IMG/VR virus record: IMGVR_UViG_3300045996_004119
Span: 32,001-96,000 of that record
Source: a virus
DNA: 64,000 nt
Reading direction: 5' to 3' (one strand)
Of this stretch, positions 60,448 to 64,000 are shown piece after piece. The notes beneath the pieces are model-generated. The model was not told the origin of the DNA. It did no database searches and saw only the letters and a list, made by a program, of their open reading frames with translations. A program made the position numbers and the translations under genes. Numbering within the stretch: position 1 is the stretch's first letter; the number at the start of each line of letters is the position of its first letter.

Positions 60448-62391
60448 ATGGCAATCCGCACCAGCAGAGTCGAGTACGGGTGGACGACCGACGCCACCAA
60501 CCTCAACGCGGCCACGCGTCGGGAATTCGGCGCGATCACGGCCGTCATCGAGGAGACGTCGAGCCGCACCATCGTCAGCGCCTACCTCGAGGTCGCGCTG
60601 CGCGGCAACGAGACCACCGGCACGTCGATGACGTCGCGGCTCATCGGGATCCGGGTCGACGCGGTAGCCTGGAACGACGAGACGAAGAGCGAGACCATCC
60701 CCACCACGGGCGACCAGGACTCGTTCCGCTTTCGTCGGGACGTCACGAGCTACCTCCAGACGAACTTCACCGGCACGTCGCACTCGATCCAGGTTGCGCT
60801 CCAGTTCGGGACGCTGGCGACGATCAACCACTCCGCCAAGCTCGTCATCAACTACAGCTACGACGACGCGAGCGCCTCGACGCGGACGAAGACGGCGTGC
60901 ATCCCGCTGGAGTCGATCACCGGGACGCTGACCGACACGCTGGCCGAGATCGGGACGAGCCAAGTCCCGCAGCTGACGGGCGTCGGGGGCTTCCTCCCGG
61001 AGGCCAGCGTCTCCATCAAGGACATGTTCTTCGTCGTCATGGCGAACGAGGGGCACGCGTCGGGGACCACCGACTTCTCGCTCGCGGTCTCGCTCGACGC
61101 CGAGGGGGAGACGACGCTCGGGGTCTGCGAACAGGCGCTCGACAGCTCGCCCTGGTACGAGGGCGTCTGGAAGCGCACGGACATGGACCCGGCGACGACC
61201 CACGCCTTCAAGGCGAGGGGCACGGTGACCGGCAAGTTCCCGCAGATCTTTGCGCTGCTCTACGTCACGTACACGTACGACGAGAGCGCGAGCACGGACA
61301 TCCTCAACAGCCTCGACATGCCGATGCCCACCGAGCCGGGCAGCTTCGGCGGGGCCACGTCCGGGCTCCAGAGCAAGATCTCGATGGTGGTGCCCATCGA
61401 GGAGCCCGGGACCATCACGCTGAAGCAGAGCGCGGTCCTCGCCGGCTACAACATGCCGAACAGCACGTTGAGCGGGCTCACCATCGGCGTCGGGTCGCAG
61501 ACCCCGCGGGCGTACAGCCCGAGCACGCTCTACAACAGCCCTTCCGGCCAGCAGACCGTCTGCCACCGGTTCGACAGCGGGGCCGCGGCGGGCTCCGGGG
61601 TGACGCTCGCACGCGGCGAGAACACGATCACGCTGTCCTGGTACCGCACGAGCACCGGCTCCGGCGGCGCCGGCTACGGGTGGAACGCGCGCCTCATCCT
61701 CAACTACGTGTCGAGCAAGGCCTCCGCCGGCTCCGGCGCGCACAACCACACGATCAAGCTCTGGGGCGGCGGGACGGACGCCGTGGGCTCATCCACCGTG
61801 CGCGACTACACCTTCCAGCCGGCGATCCCGGAGTCGGACTACTGGGTCAGCTGCCTCGGGTTCGAGATCGACTTCTTGCAGGCCGGCCGCGGGATGTTCG
61901 CCTTCCTCGCTGAGCGCCTGTCGGGGGAGGGCGTCGCAGACGGGTGGGAGACGCTGCACACCAATGGGTTTTGCGTCAGCAACGAGAACAGCGTCAACAC
62001 GCTGTGGTGCAACGCCTCCGCGCACTTCGACCGGCACCCGGCGGACCCTGACGGGGAGCGCCTCGCTGTCGAGAGCTCGCGCACCTGGCGCATGTCGAGC
62101 TTTCTCGACGGCACGAACAGCCACGGCGGGTTCGCCGACTTCGTCGCGAGCATCACCTACAACACGCTCACGCGCTCCGTGAGCGGCGCGGTCTCCGGCT
62201 ACGACGGCGACGGCTCCGGGATCGTGGTGAACGTCCACCGCACGGACAACGGAGAGCTGCTCTACCAGGCGACGACGTCCGCGGGCGGCGGCTACTCGTT
62301 CACCGCGTACTCGGACGTGACATCGCTGTTCGCCGAGGCCCGGCAGGACGGGACGCACGTGGGGCGCTCCAACAACTTCACGCCGAGCTGA
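60448..62391 (+). CDS. Large Thr/Ser/Gly-rich tail fibre/receptor-binding-type protein
   Basis: 647 aa beta-rich; C-terminal VSGAVS....G..V.VHR...GEL....TT...GGYSF small domain. Confidence 0.7.
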   Translation: MAIRTSRVEYGWTTDATNLNAATRREFGAITAVIEETSSRTIVSAYLEVALRGNETTGTSMTSRLIGIRVDAVAWNDETKSETIPTTGDQDSFRFRRDVTSYLQTNFTGTSHSIQVALQFGTLATINHSAKLVINYSYDDASASTRTKTACIPLESITGTLTDTLAEIGTSQVPQLTGVGGFLPEASVSIKDMFFVVMANEGHASGTTDFSLAVSLDAEGETTLGVCEQALDSSPWYEGVWKRTDMDPATTHAFKARGTVTGKFPQIFALLYVTYTYDESASTDILNSLDMPMPTEPGSFGGATSGLQSKISMVVPIEEPGTITLKQSAVLAGYNMPNSTLSGLTIGVGSQTPRAYSPSTLYNSPSGQQTVCHRFDSGAAAGSGVTLARGENTITLSWYRTSTGSGGAGYGWNARLILNYVSSKASAGSGAHNHTIKLWGGGTDAVGSSTVRDYTFQPAIPESDYWVSCLGFEIDFLQAGRGMFAFLAERLSGEGVADGWETLHTNGFCVSNENSVNTLWCNASAHFDRHPADPDGERLAVESSRTWRMSSFLDGTNSHGGFADFVASITYNTLTRSVSGAVSGYDGDGSGIVVNVHRTDNGELLYQATTSAGGGYSFTAYSDVTSLFAEARQDGTHVGRSNNFTPS

Positions 62392-62397
62392 CCGAAC

Positions 62398-63354
62398 GTG
62401 GCCGACCAGGACATCGTCCTCCGCGACCCGGGTGGCGGGGTCGGCGCGATCGCGTTCGACGACAGCCTCCCGCCCGTCACCGGCGATGGTGACGCGGAGC
62501 TCCCCACGCTCGCCGCGGCTGCCGTCGGGACGCTCAGCTACACGGGATCCGCCTCCGTGGCGCTGCCCGCGCTCGCGGCGGCGGGGGCGGGCGCCCTGGC
62601 CTACTCTGGCGCCGCGTCCGCCGCGCTGGCAGCGCCGGAGGCCACCGCCGCCGGCGCGCTCACCTACACCGGGAGCGCCTCCATCGCGCTCCCAGCGATC
62701 GCCGCGGCCTCCTCCGGCCTGCTCTCGTACACCGGCGCGGGCGCGGCTGTCCTGCCGGCGCTCTCCGCCGCCGGTTCCGGCGCCCTGGCGTTCGTCGGCA
62801 CCGGCGCTGCGTCCCTGCCCGCCCTCGGCGCCGCGGCGGCAGGCACACTCCTCGTCGTCATCACGGGCGTCGGCGCTGCGGCGCTCCCTGCGCTCGCCGC
62901 CGCCGCGACCGGCACGCTCATCCCGCCGTCGGGCGGGGAAGAGCCCGGCTTCATCACGTTGCCGCGCGCGGGGACTCTGTACGAGCTCGCGCTGCCCGCG
63001 GTCGCCTCCCTCTACGTCATCACCCTCGCGAGGCCCATGTTCAGGCTCCACATCGGCGACACCGCCGTTCTCACCGGCGTCACCATCCGCGACGCCGCGG
63101 GCGATCTCGTCGACCCCGCGACGCTCACCATCCTGATCCTCTCGCCGCTCGGGGTCGAGGTCGAGCTCGTCTACGGCACCGCGCCCACGAGCGGCTCGGG
63201 GGACGCCGTCATCCGGACGGCGGAGGGGACGTTCACGGTGCAGATCGAGATCACCGACGAGCGCGGCGCGGGGGTGTACCGCTACACGGTGGTGACCACC
63301 GGGGCGCGCGCGGCTGAGACGGGCACGTTCACCGTCTACGCGAGGGCGGTCTGA
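62398..63354 (+). CDS. Repeat-containing structural protein (21-aa repeats plus C-terminal Ig-like domain)
   Basis: TG.A...LPALAAA..G.L.Y repeated 7 times; C-terminal D.AG.LVDP.TL...G.Y.Y domain. Confidence 0.75.
   Translation: MADQDIVLRDPGGGVGAIAFDDSLPPVTGDGDAELPTLAAAAVGTLSYTGSASVALPALAAAGAGALAYSGAASAALAAPEATAAGALTYTGSASIALPAIAAASSGLLSYTGAGAAVLPALSAAGSGALAFVGTGAASLPALGAAAAGTLLVVITGVGAAALPALAAAATGTLIPPSGGEEPGFITLPRAGTLYELALPAVASLYVITLARPMFRLHIGDTAVLTGVTIRDAAGDLVDPATLTILILSPLGVEVELVYGTAPTSGSGDAVIRTAEGTFTVQIEITDERGAGVYRYTVVTTGARAAETGTFTVYARAV
62479..62922 (+). repeat. Seven degenerate 63-bp (21-codon) coding repeats
   Basis: TGDGDAELPTLAAAAVGTLSY / TGSASVALPALAAAGAGALAY / SGAASAALAAPEATAAGALTY / TGSASIALPAIAAASSGLLSY / TGAGAAVLPALSAAGSGALAF / ... 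Confidence 0.85.
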
Positions 63355-63644
63355 TGGCGGTCAGGACGATGCTCATCGTGGTCAAGGTGGCGCACACCGA
63401 CCCTGCGGTCACCCCCACGGAGGCCGAGGCGCTCGCCGTCATCGGCGCCGACCGCTGGGACACGGCCCGCGGTGGCCAGCGCCCGGGGAACGGCGCCTAC
63501 CTCCTCAGCTACCGGACGGACCTAGGCCGGCGCGGCGACGAGCGGGACGCCCGCGGCGCGGCGCACGTGGAGGACACGGCAGCCAAGGGGCGGCCGGCGG
63601 ACGCGGGGCAGGGCGGCGGCGGGGGTCGAGACACGCCGGGGTAG
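63354..63644 (+). CDS. Hypothetical protein
   Basis: TGATG coupling, last gene before terminator. Confidence 0.5.
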   Translation: MAVRTMLIVVKVAHTDPAVTPTEAEALAVIGADRWDTARGGQRPGNGAYLLSYRTDLGRRGDERDARGAAHVEDTAAKGRPADAGQGGGGGRDTPG

Positions 63645-63669
63645 GCCGGCTGCGCAGGAAAGCGAGAAC

Positions 63670-63693
63670 GCGCCGGGTACGCCCGGCGCTTTT
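63670..63693 (+). terminator. Rho-independent terminator
   Basis: GCGCCGGG-TACG-CCCGGCGC followed by TTTT. Confidence 0.7.
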
Positions 63694-63724
63694 CGCGTTC
63701 CATAGGCAACTTGACGCAGGCGGG

Positions 63725-64000
63725 ATGAAGAATGTACCAAAGCGCATGCGCTCGAACGCCCGCTGCGCTCTGGTCCTGACCGCCGCGTGCTTCGTCGGCT
63801 GCGGAAAATCACAGACGACGCAGGATCGAGCGGCGGCAGCGACGGCAACATCGCCACCTACAGAGACTGCACCGCCTGCCTCGCCAGCGGCTGCTCCGGC
63901 AGTCGCGCCAGACCTACCACCCCCGTCTCTGCCGCCACTCGCGAGCGGAGCGGTAATCGAGCTGGACACAGCATATTTCGCCAGGGGTGGAGCATCGGCC
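63725..64000 (+). CDS. Lipoprotein, 3'-truncated (start 63725 or 63746)
   Basis: ALVLTAACFVGC lipobox followed by Pro/Ala/Thr linker; open to window end. Confidence 0.65.
   Translation, partial: MKNVPKRMRSNARCALVLTAACFVGCGKSQTTQDRAAAATATSPPTETAPPASPAAAPAVAPDLPPPSLPPLASGAVIELDTAYFARGGASA

Larger units (their letters stand above)
1..64000 (+). mobile_element. Tailed bacteriophage/prophage (contractile tail, Mu-like head genes), both ends truncated
   Basis: Continuous syntenic replication, terminase, portal, MuF, protease, capsid, sheath, tube, tape measure, baseplate and lysis genes; no host housekeeping context seen. Confidence 0.95.

Noticed and set aside
49456-63354. Diversity-generating retroelement or invertible fibre switch acting on the several fibre genes
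   Set aside because: No reverse transcriptase, no template/variable repeat pair differing at adenines, no invertase and no flanking inverted sites seen
1-64000. Integrase, att sites, CI-type repressor, tRNA or rRNA genes
   Set aside because: No tyrosine or serine recombinase motifs, no CI/peptidase S24 signature and no cloverleaf-forming segment recognised; they may lie outside the window

Overview
The whole window reads as one very GC-rich tailed (pro)phage with a contractile tail and a Mu-like head module. Cys-rich lipoproteins, a Fis-type HTH and the overall style point to a myxobacterial (Sorangium/Polyangium-like) host, which is inference. No integrase, repressor, att site, tRNA, rRNA or CRISPR array was found, and both ends are truncated genes. 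Order: (0-5.7 kb) DNA modification and metabolism (Mom-family GNAT, thymidylate kinase, RusA-like, MT-A70 methyltransferase, DnaA-domain-IV-like HTH, DUF559-like nuclease); (5.7-9.6 kb) replication initiator with an internal tandem repeat, then DnaB with a class 3 LAGLIDADG intein; (9.7-22 kb) accessory genes including a divergent squalene/phytoene-synthase-fold gene, a 1,189-aa mosaic protein, HAD, T5orf172, PadR and AAA+; (22-28.8 kb) terminase large subunit, unknown genes, a tandem-HTH gene and a three-hairpin intergenic segment; (28.8-39 kb) portal, MuF with C-terminal GNAT, extended Mu-type protease/scaffold and capsid; (39-50 kb) sheath, tube, frameshifted chaperone, tape measure and baseplate; (50-64 kb) minus-strand morons, fibre genes, lysis genes with an esterase-PGBD-CHAP endolysin, a Fis-HTH cassette and a second fibre module. 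Best novelty candidates: the isoprenoid-synthase-fold gene, the MuF-GNAT/immunity pair, the esterase-fused endolysin, the zinc-finger-inserted MT-A70 and the putative late-control RNA module. All family calls come from motif recognition by eye; no database searches were run.
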